From Deltaproteobacteria bacterium (GTDB lineage: Bacteria; Myxococcota_A; UBA9160; UBA4427): a stretch of 43,387 nt of DNA. The notes under the pieces were generated by a model. That model was given only the letters and a program-made list of their open reading frames with translations, did no database searches and had not been told where the DNA came from. Position numbers and translations under genes: made by a program. Positions within the stretch are counted from its first letter, which is position 1; each line of letters opens with the position of its first letter. Shown here piece by piece: positions 1-8,210 of the stretch. Location: positions 1 to 43,387 of the forward strand of contig JANMTD010000621.1 in the NCBI GenBank assembly GCA_031390075.1, in the 5' to 3' direction.

Positions 1-116
1 CGGCGCGTCATGTGGCGCCGGGTGGCGTCAGCCTTGGTCGTCAGGTCCCCGCTGAAGCGCAGCAGCAGGACCTGGCCTTCGCCCGGACGGGTGGAGCTCT
101 GGGTTCGATTGGGCAT
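1..116 (-). CDS. 5' end of a THUMP/ThiI-like (tRNA sulfurtransferase-like) gene; partial, runs off the left edge
   Basis: A minus-strand ATG at 116 opens MPNRTQSSTRPGEGQVLLLRFSGDLTTKADATRRHMTR with GC3-rich codons. 'LLRFSGDLTTK' resembles the N-terminal strand of ThiI/THUMP proteins. Only 38 codons are visible. Confidence 0.3.
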   Translation of the reverse strand, partial: MPNRTQSSTRPGEGQVLLLRFSGDLTTKADATRRHMTR

Positions 117-127
117 CATAGGTGGTG

Positions 128-625
128 ATGAAGCGCCTCGGACTCTACCGCGTCTTGATGGGCACACTCGGGATTGCCTTCTCGGTCTTCGGTCTCGGGT
201 TCGTGGCGGCGTTCTTTCTCTACCAGAGGCCGAACTCGCTGCCCCTGATTCCAACGGGGCCGATCGGACATTATTTCGTCGCGTTCACGGGCTGCGCGCT
301 GCTCGGCTGGGGGAGCGCGATGATCGGGGCCGCGCGGGAGCCCGACTCGTCCACGTCGCGGACCGTCGGGACGGCGACGGCCTTCGTGCTGGTCCTGATG
401 GCGCTCGTGCGGATGGTCGCCTGGGCGATCGGCGACTACGCGAGCTGGCTCGGCGACATCCCGCGCCAGGAGGCGACGGCGCTGATCGCTGTCGCACTGG
501 CCCTCGTCTGGCTCCGGCCGACGGTGGCCGACACGATGACGGGGGGCGCAACGATTCGACGCAGGCGCGCGAGCGACCGCGCGCTGGCGGCGCCCGATGC
601 CCCGGCGAGTGAGCCCGGTCGATGA
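128..625 (+). CDS. Hypothetical integral membrane protein (about 4 TM segments)
   Basis: The ORF has hydrophobic segments (GTLGIAFSVFGLGFVAAFFL, YFVAFTGCALLGWG, ATAFVLVLMALV, ALIAVALALVWL). ATG at 128; GTG at 122/125 or ATG at 158 are alternative starts. The stop overlaps the next start as ATGA. Confidence 0.6.
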   Translation: MKRLGLYRVLMGTLGIAFSVFGLGFVAAFFLYQRPNSLPLIPTGPIGHYFVAFTGCALLGWGSAMIGAAREPDSSTSRTVGTATAFVLVLMALVRMVAWAIGDYASWLGDIPRQEATALIAVALALVWLRPTVADTMTGGATIRRRRASDRALAAPDAPASEPGR

Positions 626-1221
626 TCCTGCGCACGCTCGCCAGCCTCGTCCTGCTCGCGCTGCTCGGGCTGAATTTTCTACTGCCGAGCCAACCCCTGA
701 CCGCCCGGGGACCGGAGAACCGGGTTCGCAGCGACATCGAGACGTCGCTCGCGATCGGGAGCCCGCTGCCGCCCTTCGAGCTGAGGGACCTCGACGGGCG
801 GATTCACACCCGCGAGGACCTCCTCGGCCACCGCGTGCTGCTCACCTTCGAGCGCAGCGTCGACTGGTGCCCCTTCACGAAGTCGCGGCTCGTGGAGCTG
901 CGAGACGCGTTCAGGGCGACCCCGGACCTCGAAATCGTGTGGGTCATGTCCGACACCCAGATCAACGAGCGGACCCGTCTCTTCATCAACGAGCTGGGCC
1001 TGGCCGACCGGATCCTCTTCCTGGCCGATCCAAAGAGCAGCCTGATCCGCCAGCTCGGGATCCTAAATGCCGAGGCCGAGAGCATCGAGGTCGGTGTGCC
1101 GCATCCGACCACCCTCTTGCTCGACCGGACGGGCAAGATCCGATTCGTCGACATCCGGGAGAACTTTCACTTCTGGCTCGATCCCCGGGCCCTCGTCGAA
1201 GCGTTGGCGAGCCTCGACTAG
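622..1221 (+). CDS. Thioredoxin-fold redoxin / AhpC-TSA family protein with signal or anchor sequence and a single-Cys CPFT motif
   Basis: It has an N-terminal hydrophobic leader (LASLVLLALLGLNFLL). 'PFELRDLDGR...GHRVLLTFERSVDWCPFTKSRL' matches the redoxin pattern with the resolving Cys replaced by Thr. ATGA overlap with the upstream gene. Confidence 0.7.
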   Translation: MILRTLASLVLLALLGLNFLLPSQPLTARGPENRVRSDIETSLAIGSPLPPFELRDLDGRIHTREDLLGHRVLLTFERSVDWCPFTKSRLVELRDAFRATPDLEIVWVMSDTQINERTRLFINELGLADRILFLADPKSSLIRQLGILNAEAESIEVGVPHPTTLLLDRTGKIRFVDIRENFHFWLDPRALVEALASLD

Positions 1222-1558
1222 GACCGCCTACTTCCGACACAACCCTTCGATTCTCTTGGGTTCACCCGTTGCGGGAGACTCGATGAGCCCCCATCATCCG
1301 CCTCGGCTCGGGGTCGCCATCCGATATGCGCGGCGATTCCGCGGTCCACACGAGGTCCGGGCGGGCCGGACCGAGAAATGATCGCCCACACCGTGAAGCA
1401 GACCGTGAAGCATCATGAGTGGGGCGCAGGGTGAACGGCGCATAGCGCGCACACTCGATTTTTTGTTAGTCAACTTCTTAGTGAAGTAAAAGCGCGATGA
1501 GACGACCGGCCGTGCAGGGATGCGGAGCGGAGCTCGTCATGGAGGCAACGACCGGGTC

Positions 1559-2080
1559 ATGATGCGACGACTTTCCTCTTCGATTGAACTGCGACTGGTA
1601 ATCCTGGCGAGCGTGCTCGCCCTGGCAGCGGGCTGCGCCAAGAAGCCCGACGCCGACGCGACCGCGGGCGGCGCCGGCACCGGCAGCGAGTTCGACGATG
1701 CTGGAGCGGGTGCAGGCGACGGCACGAACGACGGCTACGACCCGAACGCGGGCTCGAGCATCGCGCCGATCTACTTCGACCTCGACCAGTCCGACATCAA
1801 GCCTCAGTTCGAGTCGATCCTCGAGGCGGCGTCCGCGTCGCTCAAGAGCTCGGGCGGCTCCGCCGTGATCGAGGGGCATTGCGACGAGCGCGGCTCCGAC
1901 GAGTACAACGTGGCGCTCGGCGAGCGCCGCGCGGTCTCGGTCCGCCGCTACCTCTACAACCTGGGTGTCCCGGTCTCCCAGCTCTCGGTCGTGTCCTACG
2001 GCGAGGCTCGGCCCGCGGTGTCCGGGACGGGCGAGACCGCCTGGCAGCTGAACCGCCGAGCGGAGATCAAGCTCCAATAA
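1559..2080 (+). CDS. pal: Peptidoglycan-associated lipoprotein Pal (OmpA-family C-terminal domain)
   Basis: Lipobox LAAGC is present. The OmpA-like block is 'IYFDLDQSDIKP...IEGHCDERGSDEYNVALGERRAVSVRRYL...GEARP...NRRAEI'. GGAGG lies 13 nt upstream of ATG 1559; the track ORF starts earlier, at 1520. Confidence 0.9.
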   Translation: MMRRLSSSIELRLVILASVLALAAGCAKKPDADATAGGAGTGSEFDDAGAGAGDGTNDGYDPNAGSSIAPIYFDLDQSDIKPQFESILEAASASLKSSGGSAVIEGHCDERGSDEYNVALGERRAVSVRRYLYNLGVPVSQLSVVSYGEARPAVSGTGETAWQLNRRAEIKLQ

Positions 2081-2114
2081 GGCTAAGAGAAGGCTAAGAG
2101 AAGGCTAAGAGAAG
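2079..2114. repeat. 11-nt tandem repeat aaggctaagag x3.3, directly after the pal stop codon
   Basis: Read directly: taAGGCTAAGAGAAGGCTAAGAGAAGGCTAAGAGAAGtctcc. Confidence 0.95.
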
Positions 2115-2132
2115 TCTCCAGGTTCGATCATG

Positions 2133-2176
2133 AAAGCCGGTGAACACCAGCGTGTGTTCACCGGCTTTTGTATTTT
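2133..2176 (+). terminator. Rho-independent terminator of pal
   Basis: aaagccggtgaacac (2133-2147), loop cagcgt, gtgttcaccggcttt (2154-2168). This gives a perfect 12-15 bp stem followed by ttttgtatttt. Confidence 0.85.
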
Positions 2177-2221
2177 GCACCCCTGATCTCGTCCGACCTC
2201 TCGTAAGATCGGAGGCTCCCC

Positions 2222-3889
2222 ATGCCCCTCCACGGTGGAAAGCTCGCGGCCAAGGCCCTGAAGAACGCCGGCGTCGAAGTGATCTTCACGCTCTCCGGCG
2301 GCCACATCATGCCGCTCTACGACGGCTGCATCGACGAGGGGATCAAGATCGTCGACGTGCGCCATGAGCAGGCCGCCGTCCATGCCGCCGACGCCTGGGC
2401 GCGCTGCAATCCCGGCAAGATCGGCGTCGCCGCGATCACCGCCGGTCCCGGCGTGACCGACGGCGTCACGGGCATCGCGAACGCCTGGCGCGCCAACTCG
2501 CCGATCCTCGTGATCGGCGGCCAGGGCCCCTTCGAGAATCTCCGCCGCGGCTCGCTCCAGGAGATGGATCATCTCGGCGTCGTCCGCCCGATCACGAAAT
2601 ACTGCGACGCGATCTACCAGACCAAGCGCATCCCCGAGTACATCGAGCTCGCGATCCGCCACGCGGTGTCGGGTATTCCGGGTCCCGCATTCCTCGAGAT
2701 CCCGATGGACATCTTCATGGGGAGCGTCGACGAGGAGGTCGTGATCCCGCGCATCCGGACCGAGCCCCCGCGCCTCTCGCCCGACCAGGACGAGGTCCGA
2801 AACGCGATCGAGCTGCTGCGCAAGGCGCAGCGCCCGATGCTGATGGCGGGGACCAGCGTGAAGTGGTCGAAGGCCGCGGCCGACATGAATCGCTTCATCG
2901 GCGAGACCCACATCCCGACCTACACGAACGGCATGGGCCGCGGCTCGGTGCCCTTCGACTCGCCCGAGTTCCTGAACCGCTCGCGGCGCGATGCGCTGAA
3001 GAAGCTCGACCTCATCATCCTGGCCGGGACGCTGCTCGATTTCCGCATGCGCTTCGGCCAGACGATCCCGGCGTCGGCGAAGATCATCCAGCTCGAGATG
3101 GACGCGACCCTGATCGGGCAGAACCGCCAGACCGACGTGCCGCTGATCGGGAACCTCGCCTGCAGCTTCCGGGCGCTGTCGGAGGAGATGAAGAGCCAGA
3201 GCGTGCGCCTCGATTTCTCGAGCTGGCGCGACGAGCTGCGCGCGGTCGAGAACGCGGAAGAAAAAAAGGTCGAGGCGAGCCTGAACAGCAACGAGGTGCC
3301 GATCGATCCCCAGCGGATGTGCCGGGAGGTGCGCGACTGGCTCGACACGCTCGGGGATCCGATCGTGATCGGGGACGGCGGCGACATCGTCGCGACCGCG
3401 GCGAAGATCATTCCCGTGAAGAACGAAGGCGCCTGGATGGATCCGGGGCCGCTCGGGACCCTCGGTGTTGGCATGCCCTTCGCGCTGGCGGCGAAGCTCG
3501 CGCATCCGAAACGCCCCGTCGTCATCATCTACGGAGACGGATCGTTCGGCTTCAACGGCATGGAGTACGACACGGCCGTCCGCTTCGGGCTTCCGATCAT
3601 CGGCATCGTCGGCAACGACGGCGCCTGGGGCCAGATGATGCGGCCGCAGGGCGTCATCTACGGCTGGGATCGGCTCGAGGCGGTGCTCCTCAATCGGACC
3701 CGCTACGACAAGGTCGTCGAGGCCCTCGGCGGACACGGCGAGTATGTGACCCGGCCCGAGGAGCTGCGGCCGGCGCTCGAACGCGCCTATGCCGCCGGTC
3801 AGGCCGCGGGCCAGGCCTCGGGCAAGCCCGCGCTGATCAACGTCGAGATCCGCCAGGATCGCGAGTACAGCGGCGGCATCTACGTCTGA
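2222..3889 (+). CDS. Thiamine-diphosphate-dependent enzyme, oxalyl-CoA decarboxylase / 2-hydroxyacyl-CoA lyase / acetolactate-synthase superfamily
   Basis: N-terminal Pyr domain 'VIFTLSGGHIMPLYD...VRHEQAAVHAADAWAR...ITAGPGVTDGVTGIANA'. C-terminal TPP-binding motif 'GDGSFGFNGMEYDTAVRFGLPIIGIVGNDGAWG'. Confidence 0.85.
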   Translation: MPLHGGKLAAKALKNAGVEVIFTLSGGHIMPLYDGCIDEGIKIVDVRHEQAAVHAADAWARCNPGKIGVAAITAGPGVTDGVTGIANAWRANSPILVIGGQGPFENLRRGSLQEMDHLGVVRPITKYCDAIYQTKRIPEYIELAIRHAVSGIPGPAFLEIPMDIFMGSVDEEVVIPRIRTEPPRLSPDQDEVRNAIELLRKAQRPMLMAGTSVKWSKAAADMNRFIGETHIPTYTNGMGRGSVPFDSPEFLNRSRRDALKKLDLIILAGTLLDFRMRFGQTIPASAKIIQLEMDATLIGQNRQTDVPLIGNLACSFRALSEEMKSQSVRLDFSSWRDELRAVENAEEKKVEASLNSNEVPIDPQRMCREVRDWLDTLGDPIVIGDGGDIVATAAKIIPVKNEGAWMDPGPLGTLGVGMPFALAAKLAHPKRPVVIIYGDGSFGFNGMEYDTAVRFGLPIIGIVGNDGAWGQMMRPQGVIYGWDRLEAVLLNRTRYDKVVEALGGHGEYVTRPEELRPALERAYAAGQAAGQASGKPALINVEIRQDREYSGGIYV

Positions 3890-3897
3890 GGATCCGA

Positions 3898-6882
3898 TTG
3901 TCGCTTTCGCTCGAGCGTCGCGATCCGGTGTCGCTGGGATGGGATCGCGAGAGCCATGCGGCCCTCGAGTCCTGGCGCGCAGCCGTCGGACCCCTCGCGC
4001 TGGTCGAGATCCGCGCGAGCGGGCGACCCGACCGCTTCTCGGCGGCGATCCACGAGATCGCCCTCGTGCTGCTCGACCCCGGCGAAGTCGAGCTCGCCAC
4101 GGCCTCGCTCCAGCTCGATCGCGCCGTCCCAACGGCGGCGGTCGCCCGCGAGCTGCGAAGCGCCCTGCGCGGGCGCACGCTCGTCGTCCACGATGCCGAG
4201 CGGGTCCGTGCCTTCCTCGCCCGCGCCGTCGATCCGGCGCTCGCTGCGGGCTCGCTCCTCGACCTCCAGGAGCTCTTCTCCCTGTGCCACCCAGACGCCC
4301 CCGACCTCGAGCTCGGGACCCTCTGCCGCCGGCTGCTCGCCCGCGACGCGGGCCAGGGCGCGCTCGAGCGCGCCGTCGACCTCGGATGTCTCCTGTCGGC
4401 GGTGGCGATCGGCGCGCGGGCGGGCGGGGCGCGTTACGGCGAGGCCCTGCGCATCCTCGCCGAGCGGCTGCCGAGCTCGCCCTGGCGCGCGCTCCTCGAT
4501 CCGGACGCCCCCGCGGCGGCGGTCGCCTCCGGCCCGAGCTTCGAGTTCGCCGCGTTCGCACGGCAGGCCTTCGCACAGCAGCGCGCGAGCACGCCGCATG
4601 CGACCGACCATCCACCCGAAGCGGGCGGGCGGCGCGAGAGCGACGGGGAGGAGCCGCGCTACCTCGCGATCGGTGCGACGGCGGAAGAGCCCGTGCCCTT
4701 CGAGCTCGATGCGATCACGGCGGCCCTCGCCGATGCCGAACGCGGCGAGCGCCATTTCCCCGGCTACCGCGTCCGCAAGGAGCAGATCGAGCTCGCGCGC
4801 CAGTTCGTGCACGTGCTGCAGGACGGGGGTGTCGCGAAGCTCGAGGGCGGAACCGGGGTCGGGAAATCCCTGGCGTACCTCGCGGCGGTGATCCCGTTCG
4901 TGATGGAAAGGGCGATCGCCGGGGAGCGGGAGCCCGTCGTTCTCTCGACCCGGACCAAGCTCCTGCAGGACCAGCTGCTCCACAAAGACATCGCCGCCGC
5001 CGCGCGTTTTCTCGGCCATCCCGGTCTGCGGGCGCTCTCGATCAAGGGCCGCGCGAACTACGTCTGCGAGCGCAGGCTCGCGGCGGTGCTCGCGGACGCA
5101 GGCGACCCGGTGCTGAGCAACGATTGGCAGCGGGATTTCGCGCTGCTCGAGGCGTGTGCGCGGATCCGGCCGGCGGGGGAGGTCGGGACGGTGCCCGCAG
5201 CCCTCCACCGGCTGCGACCGCGGCTGCGGGAGCTATTGCGCGGGAGCGTCGCGGTGCGGGCGGATCAGTGCTCGCGCGAGCAGTGCGGCCACGAGAAGCG
5301 CTGCCCCTTCGGCCGCCATCGGCGCTCCCTCGCGAAGGCCCACCTCGTCGTCGCGAACCACGACCTGCTGCTGCGCTGGCCGCCCGACTACCCGGCCTTT
5401 TCCCACGTCGTCGCCGACGAAGGTCACGAGCTCGGCGGTGTCGCGGAGGAGGTCTACTCGATCCGCATCCGCCCCGAGGAGATCGAGGAGCGCCTCGAAG
5501 TCCTGTACGGCTCCCCCGCCCGCCGCGGCCAGCGCCGTTATGCGACCCGGGGCCTCGTCGCCGGCTCGCCGACGAAGAGCGGGGACGCCACCCTCGAGCG
5601 CAACCGCCACGACCTGCGCCTCGAGCTCTCGGGCCTCGGCAGCCAGATGGCCAGCCACGCCGACGGCTACGGCGGCGCCGAGCTCCCGAGCGAGGCCGGG
5701 CGCGAGCGCCCCGCCGCCGCGCGCCTCGCACAGAGCGCCGCCGAACGCCTCGAGGCCCTCGCGAATCAGGCGCTCCGCGAGGGCCCGGAGCGCCGCTTCG
5801 AGACCGGTGAGTCCTCGGATGGACGCGCCGTCGAAGGCCTTCGCAACCACGGAGCCGAGGAAGAGGCGCTGCGCGGGATCGCGGGCCACGCCGAGGCGCT
5901 GCTCGCCGCCGCCCACGGTCTGCGCATGGCCTTCGCCGTCGACAACGACGCCTACGTCGGCGCGTTCGAGGGGCTCGAGAATCCCTACGACCGCTGGAGC
6001 CTCGTGCTCCGGCCCGTCGATCCGGGCCCCGCGTTTCGCGAGGAATTTCTCGGGCGGGTCCAGAGTCTCTCGGTGGTGTCGGCGACGCTCTTCGTCGGCG
6101 GCGACGACCACGCGGCGCTCGCCGAGATCGGTCTCTCCGACGCCGACGCGCCCAGCCATTTTAGCTACAGCGTGCCCTCGCCTTTTCCCTATGCGCGCGC
6201 GATGCGCGTCGTCGCGCTCGACGAGGGCGCATCCCTCGTCGAGGACACCGCGATGGCCCTCGCGACCCTCGCCCGCAGTCTCCACGGCCGGACTCTCGGC
6301 CTCTTCACGAGCCTCTCCCGCATGCGCGAGGTCGCCGAGCGCCTCGAGGTGCTGCTCGAGGGCGAGGGCCTCGAGGTGCTGGTGCCGCTGCGCTCGAGCG
6401 ACGATCCGGGGGGATTGGTCGAGCGTTTTCGAAAGCTCCGCGGTGCCGCCGTCATGCTCGGCTCGCGGCGCTACTGGCAGGGCATCGACGTGCGCGGCGA
6501 CGACCTCCAGGCGGTCGTGATCGAGAAGCTGCCCTTCGACGTCCCGACCGAGCTGCGGCGCCGGCGGGATCTCCGTCTGCGCGCCGCCGGCGAGGATCCC
6601 TTCGTGCGCGCATCGCTCGGGCGCATGCTGTTGCACTTGAAGCAGATGGCGGGCCGCCTGATCCGGTCCGAGACCGACCGCGGGCTGGTCGTGATCGTGG
6701 ATGCGCGGCCGGGCCGCGGCTATTTCAAGCGATTGGCGGACGCGTTCCCCGACGGTGTCGCGATCGAGCGGGCAGGGCTCGCGGACCTGCCGCGGATCAG
6801 CTTCGAGCTCGGCCTGGGACCCGGTGGCTCAGGCGAGTTGAAAACGACACATGCGACCATCGACGGCATTGACGGCCCCTGA
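3898..6882 (+). CDS. dinG: DinG/Rad3-family ATP-dependent DNA helicase with an N-terminal DnaQ-like (apparently degenerate) exonuclease domain
   Basis: Walker A 'EGGTGVGKSLAYL' and a DEGH box 'VVADEGHEL'. Four-Cys Fe-S signature (YVCERR...QCSREQCGHEKRCPF). C-terminal 'YWQGIDVRGDDLQAVVIEKLPFDVP'. The start is taken as in-frame TTG 3898 (GTG 3928 is the alternative); the track ORF from 2863 overlaps the previous gene. Confidence 0.85.
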   Translation: MSLSLERRDPVSLGWDRESHAALESWRAAVGPLALVEIRASGRPDRFSAAIHEIALVLLDPGEVELATASLQLDRAVPTAAVARELRSALRGRTLVVHDAERVRAFLARAVDPALAAGSLLDLQELFSLCHPDAPDLELGTLCRRLLARDAGQGALERAVDLGCLLSAVAIGARAGGARYGEALRILAERLPSSPWRALLDPDAPAAAVASGPSFEFAAFARQAFAQQRASTPHATDHPPEAGGRRESDGEEPRYLAIGATAEEPVPFELDAITAALADAERGERHFPGYRVRKEQIELARQFVHVLQDGGVAKLEGGTGVGKSLAYLAAVIPFVMERAIAGEREPVVLSTRTKLLQDQLLHKDIAAAARFLGHPGLRALSIKGRANYVCERRLAAVLADAGDPVLSNDWQRDFALLEACARIRPAGEVGTVPAALHRLRPRLRELLRGSVAVRADQCSREQCGHEKRCPFGRHRRSLAKAHLVVANHDLLLRWPPDYPAFSHVVADEGHELGGVAEEVYSIRIRPEEIEERLEVLYGSPARRGQRRYATRGLVAGSPTKSGDATLERNRHDLRLELSGLGSQMASHADGYGGAELPSEAGRERPAAARLAQSAAERLEALANQALREGPERRFETGESSDGRAVEGLRNHGAEEEALRGIAGHAEALLAAAHGLRMAFAVDNDAYVGAFEGLENPYDRWSLVLRPVDPGPAFREEFLGRVQSLSVVSATLFVGGDDHAALAEIGLSDADAPSHFSYSVPSPFPYARAMRVVALDEGASLVEDTAMALATLARSLHGRTLGLFTSLSRMREVAERLEVLLEGEGLEVLVPLRSSDDPGGLVERFRKLRGAAVMLGSRRYWQGIDVRGDDLQAVVIEKLPFDVPTELRRRRDLRLRAAGEDPFVRASLGRMLLHLKQMAGRLIRSETDRGLVVIVDARPGRGYFKRLADAFPDGVAIERAGLADLPRISFELGLGPGGSGELKTTHATIDGIDGP

Positions 6883-7207
6883 CCTTTGGTCATCATCGCT
6901 TTCCATCAAAGAGGCATCGGATTTCACTGGAAGTATTTGCGAGAGATTTGCAAGACGGAGCCGGATCCACCGCTATTTTTCCGCAATCACCGCCCGCTCT
7001 TCGCCCGTTCATCCGCCTGATCATTCGGCGCTGCGCGGGACGCCCGTCGCAGTGGGCCGAATGCTTTTCGGGTTCGACTCCCCCCACTGGCTGAGTCTCG
7101 CCGTCGAGCGGACGGGCTTCCGGCTGCGGGGGTCGAGCGGCGGGTCCTTGAACGGCCGGGGAACGGGCGGGGAATGGACGGGGAATGAGAAGGGGAATGA
7201 ATTGGGC

Positions 7208-8164
7208 GTGAAAGAGATCAAGGCGAGCTTCGAGAGCAATGAGTGGGTGCTGATCCTCGGCGGGTCGAGCGGCTTCGGCCTCGCGACCGCGAAACGCTTC
7301 GCCCGGGGCGGCGTCAACGTGCTGATCGTCCACCGCGATCGCCGCGGCGCCATGGCCGCCATCGAGCCGCATTTCGAAGAGATCAAGAAGCTGGGACACG
7401 GCTTCCACACCTGGAACGCCGACGCGATCGAGGCCGCGAGCCGGACCGAGACCCTCGGCGAGATCGTGAAGGCGATCGGTCCGGAGGGCCGCATCAAGGT
7501 CCTCCTGCATTCGATCGCCTTCGGCAACCTGAAGCTGATCGCCCCCGAGAAGGTCGAGAGGCGCACCGCCGGCCCGAATCTCGCGCAACGCCTCGGCGTC
7601 GATGTGGCGAAGCTGACGGAGATCGCCGACGAGCTCTTCGAGGCCGGTGAAGACGGGCTCCATCCGCTGACCTCGGCGCCGACCTTCCCCGACAAGTCGT
7701 ATCTCGACGAAGAGGATTTCAGCCGCACGATCCTGGCGATGGGGACGAGCTTGCTCGGCTGGACCCAGGAGATCTTCACGCGGGAGATCTTCGCGAACGA
7801 CGCGCGCATCTTCGGTCTGACCAGTGAAGGCAACGAGGTCGCCTGGAAGGGCTATGCCGCCGTCTCGGCGGCGAAGGTCTCCCTCGAGGCGCTCTCGCGC
7901 TCGATCGCGCTGGAGTTCGGGCCCTATGGCATCCGCTGCAACGTGATCCAGGCCGGTGTCACGAACACGCCGGCGCTCCGGGCGATCCCGGGCAGCGACC
8001 AGCTGAAGAGCCAGGCGCGGCTCCGCAATCCGGGCGGGCGGCTCACGACCCCCGAGGACGTCGCGGGCGTGATCTTCCTGCTGTCGCAGCCCGAGGCCTC
8101 CTGGGTCAACGGCGAAACGATCCGCGTCGACGGCGGCGAACATATTTCCGGCTCGACGAAGTAG
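7208..8164 (+). CDS. FabI/FabL-type enoyl-ACP reductase-like SDR carrying an insertion of about 50 aa
   Basis: Rossmann motif 'ILGGSSGFGLATAKRF'. 'YAAVSAAK' is a Y-x6-K spacing, typical of enoyl reductases rather than the classical YxxxK. C-terminal 'VNGETIRVDGG'. GTG 7208 is preceded by aagggga. The track ORF start at 6851 overlaps dinG and has poor coding character up to 7207. Confidence 0.7.
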   Translation: MKEIKASFESNEWVLILGGSSGFGLATAKRFARGGVNVLIVHRDRRGAMAAIEPHFEEIKKLGHGFHTWNADAIEAASRTETLGEIVKAIGPEGRIKVLLHSIAFGNLKLIAPEKVERRTAGPNLAQRLGVDVAKLTEIADELFEAGEDGLHPLTSAPTFPDKSYLDEEDFSRTILAMGTSLLGWTQEIFTREIFANDARIFGLTSEGNEVAWKGYAAVSAAKVSLEALSRSIALEFGPYGIRCNVIQAGVTNTPALRAIPGSDQLKSQARLRNPGGRLTTPEDVAGVIFLLSQPEASWVNGETIRVDGGEHISGSTK

Positions 8165-8210
8165 TCGACCCTGGTAGTCGCAGGCGCGAGGACATTGACG
8201 TGAGGACGAC

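Noticed and set aside
10-612. 200-aa plus-strand ORF at the left edge, overlapping the 128-625 membrane-protein frame.
   Set aside because: It has an Arg/Gly/Asp-rich low-complexity translation. The alternative frame gives clean transmembrane helices and an ATGA coupling to the next gene.
6851-7207. N-terminal extension of about 120 codons on the enoyl-reductase-like ORF, as drawn in the track.
   Set aside because: It would overlap the dinG 3' end. The region is lower-GC without GC3 bias and contains the GGGGAAYG repeat array. The Rossmann fold begins only about 15 residues after GTG 7208.
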